From the NCBI GenBank assembly GCA_028534125.1, contig CM052817.1, forward strand, positions 40,116,001 to 40,180,000: a DNA stretch of 64,000 bases. Direction: 5' to 3'. Position 1 is the first letter of the stretch. Every line of letters begins with the position of its first letter. Positions 25,271 to 37,440 of the stretch are shown one piece after another. The translations under genes were made by a program, and so were the position numbers. The notes under the pieces were generated by a model. The model made no database searches, was not told the DNA's origin, and was given only the letters and a program-made list of their open reading frames with translations. The stretch comes from Lama glama (lineage: Eukaryota).

Positions 25271-25889
25271 GTGACTGTCTGATACCTAGCACAGTTTCTG
25301 GCACATAGATGTGATTCAGTGAATGTGTATTGTTGAGTGAATAGGTATTCTCATGGAGGCAGTGTGATGTATGGGAGGAGCTGTTGGGAAACTTGAGTTT
25401 TAGTCATGGATCTTCTGTTGATTTTCTTGTGATTTTGGGTAAATATCTTGTCTGTTCATCGTACTTATTTCTTGGAAACGTTGATATCAGCCACTTCATA
25501 TGACTTTTGAGATGGTTACATGAGGTACAAAGGTCCTCATCATCAGAGCTCCCAAGGTACAAGGTTGCTATAGCAAAGCAGACTTCATCAGTGTGAAAAT
25601 ATTCATTAATGAATTAATCTCTTATAGAATTAGTCCTGGCTCAGATATGCTAACTCCCTGCCTGGTCTGTCTGTGGCTTTATGGATTATGTCTCTCTTGA
25701 TTCTTGGAGAACACCTGACAGTAGAGTGTAAAATGCTTTGCAAATTGATTTCAAAGTGAAATTGTATAACTTGTATACTTTCTTGAACATTCTGCAGAGC
25801 CAAGGAAAAACAGGGATTTGGAGATTAGATTAATCAGGAGAAATGCTATCTGGACGAAAACCAAATGGCCCTTCAAAAAGAATAACTTT

Positions 25890-26020
25890 GGGAGGAAGGA
25901 ACTTTCAGTGGTAGAGCATGTGCCTAGCATGCACAAAGTCCTGGGTTCAATCCCCAGTACCTCCATCAAGTAAATAAATAAACCTTATTACCCCCTAAAA
26001 ACTTAAAACACCCCCTAGAA
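25890..26020 (+). mobile_element. tRNA-derived SINE (Vic-1-like)
   Basis: cagtggtagagcatgtgcctagcatgcacaaagtcctgggttcaatcccc; TSD core gaataactt at 25880-25888 and 26023-26031. Confidence 0.9.
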
Positions 26021-27269
26021 AGGAATAACTTGAATTATAAAGGATGTAGAGGGTTCTTGGGAAAATTTGTGAAATTCTGAAATATTTTGGCAGAAATGCT
26101 CTTCTTTATCATGTGGCGCCCATCAAACAGAACCTGGGATTGTGGTGTCACACAAATTTTCACAAGATCCTCTCTCCCTTAAACTGCACATTTCATCCTA
26201 AGAGTTAGTATAATTGTAATTATACTGACTTTTTGTTAAATATAGGCAAAAAAAAGTTTCAGTTTTAGGGGTTTTTTTGTTGTTAACAATGAAATTTTTA
26301 TCCTTGTTTTAAGTGTAATTCACTTTAAGTGGCCTTTTTCTGTTATCAGTTATCAGGAATTGAGGATTTTTTGTATGAATGTTTTCTGAAATGTAAGTAA
26401 TGTTTAACAAATAAGAAATTGTAGTAATAACCATAAATGATGAGCATTTTATGAAAGGGTATTTTTAATAGCAATTTCTTAATATAATGATTCTTGGGAC
26501 TTCACACTTATCCTACACGTATTAGTTCTGGAGACCAGAACAGGCAAATATGTTACTTCAGGCAGGTACAACACTTTAGGGTGGCCTTCTGAAAATATTT
26601 GATGTAGATTCATTTCATTTATATGGAATTGACTTATTTAGTTATGATGTAATTCAGGCTGAAAAAAAAAACCCTAGCAGAATTCTCAACTAAAATTCAA
26701 TAAAGGATATATCAGTAGTATAAAATGTAATCATGTACTACAGAGAAATTGAAAAAGTTATGTTTAAATTTTTTTAAAAATTCATAAATGTCAGATAAAA
26801 CTTAATTCACCTTTTTAAAAACAAACTATGTATACTGTGGCATTGTTATCAGAAAAAAATCCTGAAACTTATGTGCTAGTTTTCTATTTTTGTTTAAAGA
26901 GAAAATCCCTTCCTTTGTTTCTCTTTTTCCCTTTTTCTTTTTCTCATTCCCTCTTTCATGTATAATTATATCTGTCAGTTAAATCATAGCATCTAAAGGT
27001 TAGAGGGGATTTTAGAGATAATTTGATTATCTGCCTTCTCTTTTTCTTGAGTGCTTGAATTTCCTTTTTAGCCAGTGGGTTTGATTATCCACCATCTTCT
27101 TGGAACACCTTCAGTGAGTAGAAACTCACTCATATTGGAATAGTTGTTTCAACTGGAAATTTTTGTTAGAAGTTCTTTCTTGGTGCTGAACTGAAAGTTC
27201 TCTATTTCTGTTATGTTAGTGCTATGCGTCTAATGGGTACAGATTGCTTCTAATCCTTCAACTTGACAG

Positions 27270-27685
27270 TCTGGATCAGTCAAGATAATCTTGGTTTTCT
27301 GCCATAATAAACAATCTCCAAATCTCAGAAGTTTTTCTTTTAAGCCAAATTTTATTTTTTATTTATACTTCATGGTTATCTGTATGTCTGTTGTGAGTTA
27401 GAAAGGGACTCTTCTCATTATCGTCACTCAAGGACTTCAGCTGACAGAGGAGCCACCATGTCAGACGTGGCAGAGGAAAACAGAGCTTTGGAAGGTCTTG
27501 CATTGGCAGTAAATATTCTGACCCAGAAATGACACATCACTTCTGCTCATAATGTATTTGCCAGGACTAGTCATGTGGCCCTAATCTAAGCACAGGGAGT
27601 GGTGAGGACATGGAGTCCTACCGTGTGCCCAGAATGGGGGAGAGGGAGCGGTGGCACCAGAATATTTGGTGAGTGGCACCACAGT
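27270..27685 (-). mobile_element. MLT1-type (MaLR) LTR
   Basis: cccagaaatgacacatcacttctgctcataatgtatttgccaggactagtcatgtggccc is the reverse of the conserved MLT1 block. Confidence 0.75.
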
Positions 27686-28420
27686 CTTTCAGGAATTTGG
27701 AGATGTGTCATGTCTTTGTATTTCTCGCTTGCCTGGGATAAAAATTCCTAATATTTCAACTCCTTGTGATACGATTTCTAAATCCCTAAACCATCCAGAC
27801 ACACTATAGTTTTTGTGTGTATTTCCAGAAGGGAACACAGTTTTGCTGCTGGAATCTGGCCAGGACAGCTGGAAGAATTTTTTTTTTCCTTTGGGCAGTC
27901 TAAAATCAGATAGCATTAAACCAGACAAGTGTTCAAGTTAGTCCAATACCTATTTGTTTTATAAATGTGGATTTAGCTTGTATCCTGAATGGTTTAAGTT
28001 CAAACGGGAAGGCAGCTGAAATATAGTAGAGAACAGAGATTAAAGTTTTAAGACTTGGATCCAAGTCCTGACTTTGAGGAACTGTGTTACACAGGACACG
28101 TCGCTTAGTTGTCCTGAGCATATTTTCTGGTAGACACAACTTAACAGTGTTGATGAGAATGTGAGCAGAAGTGTTTTTGTGGACTTTAATAAAATGGTAT
28201 AAAGATACTAAATGTTACTAAGAGGCATTGTTTTGTTTCCTTCTGCCTAGGTTCACCACAGTTCATTAGGGACCTTCTTAAGTGTTTTAAGTTCTTACGT
28301 GGCTACATATGAAATACTAAACATACGTACTGCAGTCCTTGTGGTTGTAAGTCGTCATCACAGACATTTTTATACTATTATTGAAAAAAGTCAAACTGAT
28401 GTGCTGCCTCTCATTTGCAG

Positions 28421-28563
28421 GTAGGGTTCTTTCACAGTCTACTCCTGGGACTCCTTCAAAGACCATAACAATATCTGAAAGTGGTGTTATTGGATCAACT
28501 TTAAATTCTACAACACAGACACCAAATAAAATAGCCATCTCACCTTTGAAATCGCCAAATAAG
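28421..28563 (+). CDS. LIN54: LIN54 exon 4 ([14 protein letters not shown]...SPLKSPNK)
   Basis: ttgcag| acceptor, AAG|gtaaaa donor, 143 nt, phase 1 to 0. Confidence 0.95.
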
Positions 28564-29897
28564 GTAAAAAAAAAAATTAGGCACAAATGCCAAGAATTGT
28601 GGTTAACGACTGTATCTTCTTGCTAGTCACTTCAGATACTTCAGTTTTAATGTATTCCCAAGCAGTTAATCAAGGATATATGACAGATAAAAAAAACCTT
28701 ACTCTAAACACATAGTAACATAGATACCATTTTTCATGCTAAGATGATATCCATGGCATGTGTAAATATGGGTACAACACAGATCTTTTGAATGAGGTAT
28801 GTTGTGTAGGTGTTTAGTTCCTCTTCAGTTAACGTTCGTGCAAAATTTTTGTTTTTGGGTCGGTCACATGTATACTGACTTTATAAATATAAAATGTTAA
28901 ATGTAACTTTTTAAAAAATAAAATATTCGGTGTCTTATGCTTAAGCTGTCCTGGATTTTATGGAGAGTTGAGCTTTCACTGGGTAACAGAGTACCCTAAA
29001 GACTAGAAATTGCCATCAAATGCTGGTAACCATATTGTCAGAGTTTTTTAGGCTCAACACAATTCATTGAAAGCATTTGGAAGCTTTCCATGATTTGTTT
29101 TCACTTTAAGGTGCAAGGTACCTATCATTTTAGGTCGAGTAAATAGTCTTAGTTCCTGAAATATACAGATGTCATTATACCAGCATAATGTTTTGAAAAA
29201 AGTATGTTTCGAAGGACATATTCAGGTGGAAAGTGAAGCATCGTTATTCTGTAAGGTGCCACCCTTGTGACTCTGGAAACATGCTGCCCTTTGCACCTGC
29301 ATTTTTCTTTAATTTGTTACTGTTTGTGAGTAGAACAAACATTAAATGTTTACCTTACATTTTAACAATGACTAGCTGTTGGTTTCTGTTTTAATGAGAC
29401 TTTAATATAATGTATGAATACGATGTCTGTTACAGTTTTTTTAAATGGGATTCTACCTGCATAATAATACAGATAATTATTTACTTGAATGAATTCAGCA
29501 GATAACTTGAGTGCTTACTGTATGTTATGCATAGTGATAGGCACTGGGGATAAAGGCATGAAGATGATAGGTTTTAGTTTCAGATAGTTCAGTAGGGAAG
29601 TTAGACTTAAGTGTTAAGAATTGCCCTACAGAATCATAATGGTCTCAAGTGGTGACAAAGGATGCTGTTCTTGAAAGGTCTGAATCTTAAAGGTGGTTTG
29701 GGCCTTAGCTGTGGGTAAGCGTGGGAGCCTTCCAGGCTGAGGTAATGCTTCACATAGAAGTGTAAAAGCATGGCCCTTTCAGGGAGCTGCCTTGCGCTGG
29801 TGTAGTGTGAGAGCTGAGGTGCTGAGGTTAGGTTGGATGGTCTCATTCCCCTCAGGGGAGTTTAGATTTTGTTGCTCTTAAGGATTTTCTTCCAGGA

Positions 29898-30077
29898 CAG
29901 TAGTTCTCAGCCTTGTCTGCACATTGGAATCACCTGTGGAGCTTTTAATAACTACCAGGACCAGTTCTTATCCCCAGAGACTCTGTATTAATTGGTCTGG
30001 ACTTTGGTCTGGTATCATGATTTCTTTTTAAAGCTCTCTTAGTGATTCTAAAGGGTAGCCTAGATTGAAAACAAATG
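29898..30077. mobile_element. MER5A-like hAT element within an L2 remnant
   Basis: cagtagttctca...acattggaatcacctg...gtgattcta...ttgaaaacaaatg; 8-bp TSD-like ttccagga / ctctagga. Confidence 0.75.
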
Positions 30078-33009
30078 CTCTAGGATAATGTGAAATTTGC
30101 ATTTTTAAAAAGATGACTCTGTGGCATAATGAAAGATAGTTTTCAGGAAGGTAATCCTGGATTCTAGGAGAGACCAGTTAGGTTAGTCACACTTTTGAAG
30201 CACCTGGGGACTTCTGGGAAAAAGCTAATGGCTGGCCCCTACCTGATCCCATTTAAATCAGTCTCTAGGCTGGGGCCTAGGTATTAGATTTAATGTTTTA
30301 AAATTCTAAGGTGGAGGCCAGGGTAGAGAATCGCTAAATTAGATTATTACAGTGCTTCAAATTTGAGCTAGACTAGTAGCTAAGGGACTAGGGAAAAGAG
30401 ATGAAAGAAGTTAAAAGAGGTTTAAGACATAATGACTGGACGTCGGGGTGTCAGGGATGGGGAGAATCTAGGATGAATCCTCTATTCCTTACTTGAATAA
30501 CAGAATAGATGGGAGCACTGTGGACTGGTATGTGGGCTATATCTGATGGCATACACATGAGAACTGGCTTAATTTTTCTCTTATCCTTGACTTTAGCCAT
30601 GCCATGTTAAATCTTTCCCTGCCTCTTCACAAGAAGTCTTTTTAAACTATAAGAACACCTTTCTCTGATGATTAAATTCACAGGTATGAAAAGTCTACTC
30701 AAAAGCTTACATCCAGTTGAAAGCTTCTCCCCTCAATTCAGACCGAGTCTTGTCTCAGGGACCTTGCGGTGGAGAAGAAGAGTATGATCTGTTTCTTCAC
30801 TCTTTTACTTTCTCCTCTTTCTGCTTTTGGCTGCTGATTGGAAGGAAGATTAGAGAAAGGGCAACATTTTATGTGAATGAGACTGTTGTAATCCAGCTGC
30901 CAGCACCCTTTGTGTGGCAGGTGTTCAAGTGTGGCCTTTCAGAGTTAATATGTTTAGATGGTTTTTGGAGGCCCCCCTTGGTATATCCATGTAGCCCAGG
31001 TCCCTGTCGTAGGTGTGGTGCACACTCCAGCTTACCTTTGGCAATCTTCTCCTGTCTCTTCTCTTGTAGTTCACCTATAGCCTGTTGCTTCTGAGTATCC
31101 TTACTCTAGAAGGCACATGTCTTTGGCCAACAAGATGCGTTAGCCCTTCTTCAGCATCTGTTTGGCTAATGGGAAACCTGTAGCACCCAGTGGTAGAAGT
31201 GTAGCTCACCTAACTGCTGTCCTGTGTGTCCTTGCTCTGCCGTTTTGAATGTCCGTCCAACCTCATGCTTTCAGAATTCTCCAGGCTGGGACTGATTGCT
31301 GTGTTCATCATATGCCCTAAACTCTTGGGGATATATGGCAGGTTCTTCTGGCAGCTAGACCGAAATGGGCTAAGGGTTCCTTTAACTCAGTACATTGCCA
31401 GCCAAAGATTCAGCTGTCACTTTCCCTTTTTATAGTTATCACTCAGTCTGTCCCAGAGGTTTTCTTAGAGAACCCGTGCCTTTGTTCTCACGGAGCTACA
31501 AAGCGCTAGCATTCTCTGTGTTTATGAATTCATTTCTATTTCTAATCTGTTTTGTTTTGTTTTGTTTTCAATAGGCAGGAGGTGGATGATAGTGATGCTG
31601 TCTTTTAGTAACTCTGGCATGGATGGAGTTTTATCATTTGTAGTTCTCAGTTTTGGGGGTTTCACTTCAGCCAAATTTTGAGATAGGAGAAAACAGCCCA
31701 TTATCCTATTATACTAGAGAGGAAATATAGAAGAAATAGCTTGTTTGAGCAAAGAGATGTTGTTTAGTTCTTGGAGATGTTTGACACTGAAGTACCCACT
31801 GATTGTCCGGAGGAGGATGTCCATTAGGAAGCTAAATATGGGCAGTGGCTAAAACTATGCATCAGGATGAAATCAACCAGGGAACATGAGGTTGTGTGTA
31901 CAGTGAAAAGAAAAGCAGGACTGAACCATGAATGTTAAGAGTTAGTAGAATAAAAGGAGCTAGTGGAAGAGAAGGAATGATAAGAGAGATAGTATGAGAG
32001 ACTAAAAAAAATGAGTGGGGAAGATGGTTTCAAGAGTGATGGTGAGCTACAATTTCAGATGTCATAGAAAAGTCACTTAAGAAAAAGACTGGAAAGTAAT
32101 GATTTGCTGGGGATGGACGTCCTTGCTCCCATCAGTCAGAACTGATCAGAAGGAATCCTCAAGCACCCACCCTCCCTACCCGTGAGCGCTCACAATCTGA
32201 TCACCATCTGCCTTGAATCTGCCAGGACTTCTCTCATTACTTATTCCTATTTATATTGGGTACCACCGGAAGGCCCAGACCCCTAGATTACCTATCTTTT
32301 CCCACATCTAATCTCTTTAAGGTTGTCAGTATCTTCTGTCCCCTTTCCCACCCTACCCCAACTCTTGATTACTTCCTCTGCAGACCTCTTAAGTGATGAC
32401 TGTCCCCAGCCCTTATGCCATCGAGCCTAGAAGTGGGGACTAGGGTATAAGTGTCTTCCTTGCTTTTTCTCTTTACAGTTTGCAGGCCATTCTCACTCTC
32501 TCCTCCATCTTTGAAACTGATGTTACCAGGTTCGTTATGGGAAGTTGGGCATGGCTAATGTTTTCTCAATTTACTTGATATTATAGTTGTCTTTTATTTT
32601 AGGGCAGATTTCTTCCATTATATTTATTTTCTAAAGTAATTTGTTTTCTTAAGTATTTATAAGACATGCAAATAAGTATTAAACTAATGAAAACATGTTT
32701 TTGCATGGTTTACTTTCTTCTTTATACTTTAGCAATGCTGTTATCCTCTACTTTCTGACGTTTAATGTGTCCTTTGTCCTGTAATCTTATTCTTGCCTTT
32801 TAGTATTGTTTTTTTCATGGCATATTTGGTTTCATTTCAGAAATACACTGTGGTTTGACAGTTTAAAAAATATCTATTGAATTCACAGCATTAGTAGGAA
32901 AAAGGAGAATAATTATAATGACAGTCTCAATACATGCAGCAAAATTCTAATAATATCTAGCCTCCATTTTGGTTAAAAATACTTGAAACAGTAAAAATAG
33001 AAAGATATT

Positions 33010-33095
33010 GGGAGGGTGGGTATAGCTCAGTGGTAGAGTGCATAAGGTCCTGGGTTCAATCCCTACTACTTCCATTAAAAAAAAGAAAAAAATAG
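33010..33095 (+). mobile_element. tRNA-derived SINE (Vic-1-like) with internal deletion
   Basis: A and B boxes present, part of the anticodon-arm segment missing, A-rich tail. Confidence 0.85.
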
Positions 33096-33419
33096 ATTTT
33101 TTTGTAATTTGAAAATGAAGATAAATACATTGAACTTCATGTAATAGTGAATGTTCAACAAAGATACCCACTTTCAACACCTGTTCAATTCTGCTGCAGG
33201 TCTGAGTTCATGCAGTAAGGCAAGAAAAAGAAATAAATGTTATAGAGCTTCAAAAGAAAGTAAAAATGTGTTACAGTTTACACATTACATTATAATATAC
33301 ATGTAAAATTTAAGAATCTGCCATTGAACTATTAGAATTAATATATAAATTTAGCAAGATGACTAGATATGTGGTCAGTATAAAAAGTCAATATGTGTAT
33401 GTAGACTTTTACGTTTAAA

Positions 33420-35140
33420 GTAAGTTTGATATGATTGGTTGTTAAATCTTCTATCTTACTAGTTATTTTCTCTTTTTCCCACCTGTTGTTTTTCTTTATT
33501 TAACTCTTTTTCTGCTTCTTTTAGGTGATTTGAATATTATTTATGGTTCTGTTTTTATCTCCACTATTGACATATTATGGTTTAATTTTTTTTTAATTTT
33601 GATTGCAGTGGAGTCAAATGTACGGCTTTGACTTATCACAGTCTACATGCAAATTTGTATCATTTCATGTAGGGTAAGAAGCTTACATAGAGTGCTCCAG
33701 TTCCTCCCTCCCACCCTTTGTGCTATCATTGTTAAACATTTTACTTTTACATGTTATAAACTCTATAGTACATTTTACTGGTTTTGCTTTACACAAAGTT
33801 GCAATTAAAAAATAAGAAAAATAAATCCTGTAACTAATTTCATTTTAGTCATATCCTATATACTCTCTTTGTGCAGGCCTCAAACTCTGGTATTAAACTC
33901 CTCACTAAAGAATTTTCTTTCTTTCTTTCTTTCTTTCTGCTTCTTTCTTTGTTTCTTTCTCTTTTTTCTTTCTTTATTTCTACATTTTTTATTGAGTTAT
34001 AGTCATTTTACAATGTTGTGTCAAATTCCAGTGTAGAGCACAATTTTTCAGTTATACATGAACATACATATATTCATTGTCACTTTTTTTTTTGCTGTGA
34101 GCTACCACAAGATCTTGTATATATTTCCCTGTGCTATACAGTATAATCTTGTTTATCTATTCTGCATATGGCTGTCAGTATCTACAAATTTCAGACTCCC
34201 AGTCTGTCCCTTCCCACCCCTTGCCCCCTTGGCAACCACAAGTTTGTATTCTATGTCTTTGAGTCTGTTTCTGTTTTGTATTTATATTCTTTTTTTGTTT
34301 TTTGTTTTTTTTTTTAGATTCCACATATGAGCAATCTCATATGGTATTTTAAAGAACTTTAATATTTCTTTTAATGAAAAGCTGCTGACAAGAGATTCAG
34401 CTTTTGTTTGCCTGAAGAAGTCTTATTTTGCCATTTTTTTTGAAAGATATTCGTTGGGTAAAAGATTCTGGGTTGACAGATTTCCCTAGTACTTGAAAAA
34501 TATTACTTCATTGACTTCTAGATTACATAGTTTCTGCTGAGAAGTAATGCTGTAATTTTTGTCTTTTCCCTCCTCTGTATGTAACATCTTTTTTCTTAGG
34601 TGCTGTGAAGATTTTCTCTTTATATTTGGATTTCTGTGGTTTGATTATTATGGATCCAGATGTGTGTTTTGTTGTTGTTCTTTTCTTTTTAAAATATATA
34701 TTTATCTTGATTTTAAAGTTTCTTGGACCTGTGATTTATTGTCTTTTATTTTTGGAAAACTTTTGACCGTTACCTCTTGACATCTTTCTTCTGCCTCACT
34801 CTCTGCATTCTAGAACTCCAATTTCAAAAATGTTAGACCAAGATAGTTCCACAGCTCTTGGATGCTCTGCTCTGTTGTTCTTCCCCCACTTTTTCTTCTT
34901 GGTGTTTCAGTTGGATAATTTCTGTTGCTGTCTCTTCACATTAATTGATTATTTCCTCAATTATGTGGAGTCTACTAAAGGGCCCATTGAAGGACTTCTC
35001 CATCTCTGATAATCGTGTTTATTCTATTTCTGGCCTTTCCGTTTGGCTCTTTTTTACCGTTTCTGTCTCTGCTGCAGTTCCCCTCTGTTCATTGCTTGTT
35101 GTCTTCCTTTCCCACTAACTAGGTCTGTTAACATATTAAT
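33420..35140 (-). mobile_element. Old L1M remnant (ORF1/inter-ORF region) carrying a younger L1 insertion
   Basis: T-rich degenerate L1 antisense pattern (tgaaagatattcgttgggtaaaagattctgggttgacag...tttctgctgagaagt). Confidence 0.65.
33917..34349 (-). mobile_element. Young 5'-truncated L1 3' end with (TTTC)n-derived tail
   Basis: Reverse complement closely matches 63499-63625; TSD taaagaatttt / taaagaacttt at 33906-33916 and 34350-34360. Confidence 0.85.
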
Positions 35141-35147
35141 CACAGTT

Positions 35148-35360
35148 ATTTTATTTTATTTTATTTATTTTTTCTTCTCTCTTTTTTTTATTGAAGTGCA
35201 GTTGATTTACAGTGTTTCGTTAGTTTCTGGTATACAGCATAGTGATTCAGTTATGTGTATATATAAATATATATATATACACACACACACACATACATAT
35301 TCTTTTTCATTATAGGTTTACTACAAGCCACTGAATATAGTTCCCTGTGCTGTACAGTAG
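35148..35360 (-). mobile_element. Short L1 3' tail (laurasiatherian/cetartiodactyl type)
   Basis: tttattgaagtgcagttgatttaca...catagtgattcag...gaatatagttccctgtgctgtacagtag; TSD-like taatcacagttat / taatcatagttat. Confidence 0.75.
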
Positions 35361-36489
35361 ATAATCATAGTTATCTTAAAGTCCTTATTTGATGGTTGCC
35401 ACATCTAGGTCATCTTTGAGTCTGGCTCTCATTTTATCACTAGAATGGCCATCTGGCCTTTTTATTTTGAAGCATATACATCTGGGGTGGGGAAGCTGTA
35501 GTCTATTAAAGGTAAGTGATATAGCACAAAGAGAGAAGCCGGGCTGTTGATCCATATCAAATCTGATCAGAAAGACTTTAGGATAATTAAATTGTTGGAT
35601 AGCTTAAGTTCAAAAAATGTAAAGGTTTCTAGAGCTTGGGTCCTAGAAAATTGGATCAAAGAAACAAGGGTTAGAAATTTCTTCCTCACTAATTCGGTTT
35701 TAGAGTAAGTAAATATTCCTTAACTGTAAGGCCTGGTCATACCTTATGCAATGTTGATGGGTACTTTTTTTTTTCTCTGTCTTATAATAAACATGAATAC
35801 ATCTTCAAAGTACCCTACTCTTTAATTTTAAGAGTCCATGCAAATTATTCTGGACATCCTTGAATACACCTACACCCACTTCTTGTTAGTTTTGCTCTCC
35901 TGCCCAAGGGAGTGCTCTTCCTCTTTTGCCTTTTTTTGGCAAACAGACCTTTTCCGTTTGCCCTGCCTGTGGTAAGTAATTGAACCATCCATCACATAGT
36001 CATTTAGGACACAGAATGTACTTAATTTGCAGGGGAGGAATTCAGAGCGTAAGCTTATGTACAGATGATTTAAGAAAAGTTTTTTACTTCTCTGATTTCT
36101 ATGACCAGTATAACTTCTTGAACTCTTCCTACTTCTGGGTCTTCTAGCTTGAGTAGAGTTCTATAAAGCTTCTGTAATTTAATTCTAGATTCAACATTTT
36201 ACTGTAGTTGCTTTATCATTTATTTACTCATCCCTCCATCCATTAAACATCTTATTTTTAAAATGCATTTCAAAGTAAGTTGCGCATATCTGGTATATTT
36301 CATCAAGCGTTCCATTAACTAGAATTCACTATTTGTCTAGAGAGTTTTCTTTTCCCTTTTGAGGTAACATTCATGTATACTGAAATATGCAAATCTTAAA
36401 GGTACTATTTGGATATTTTCAGCTAAAATGCATACATCTATTTAACTAAAAAAACCTCTTAAGATAAATAACGTTATTATCATGTCAAG

Positions 36490-37440
36490 AAGTTAACAAT
36501 TGAATATTTTTTTTCCTGTTTCTGAATGTATCAGGATAAACAATGCAACTATCATTTGACAGGTTTTGAGAAAAAGCCTTTTTGATGTATTTCCCACAAA
36601 TTGAGATACAAATGACTACAGATCATTAAAAATTGTTTTGCTTCCAGTTTGGATAGTTTCTAATTTTTTTTCCTACTAATTTGAAGGAGGACTTAAGTAA
36701 GTTTTCAGATCATTAAAAATAATTTTTGATGGTAAAATACAGTGTCATTTTTAATATAAAACTCAGAAGGAATTCCAAGTGTTAATGTATATTATTATAA
36801 CAAATACCCTTCTGTTCATATATACTTATTTGTGAAAATAGTATTTTTCAATGTTTATATTTATTGAACAAACAGGAACAGAATTGGTTCTGAGCTCTCA
36901 GTCTAGCCATATGTAATATTCATTTATGACTACAGAAAGTAATCTTTTAAAATGAGTCCTATTACCTTTTTTATTGAGAGATGCATTCAAATAAAACCTT
37001 TTTATATTGTAACAGTCACAATCAATAATATATTTGTTGTTTTAAGTGCATACAGTAATTGTATAATTAACTCAATTGAAACAAAATTAACACTTAGAGC
37101 TTTACATAAGGGTAACAGGAAATAATGTTTTAAAAATTTCAATTTATATACATCTTTTTTTTCAGAGAATTATGATAAAAGAATTTCAAGCATTTATATA
37201 TTATACTAGAGTAACATTTTTAGACGATATGAAATTCAAACACCAATTCACAGAGGAAAGAATAATACAAATTTCTGACTGCCAAAGAGTGCTTTATTTG
37301 TATTTTAAAAATATAATAGATATACTGGTGAGTATCAAATCACTATGTTGATTTGATTCCGTTGAATGGATTTTAAAAAGTAATGTGATAGTTTTATTTT
37401 AAAATGCTAATATTTATAATAGGCCAGAAATTACAATAAA
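36490..37440 (+). mobile_element. Probable hAT-Charlie transposon remnant
   Basis: AT-rich degenerate sequence with a decayed LLPF..TYLCE-like segment (acttatttgtgaa) near 36800-36850. Confidence 0.45.
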
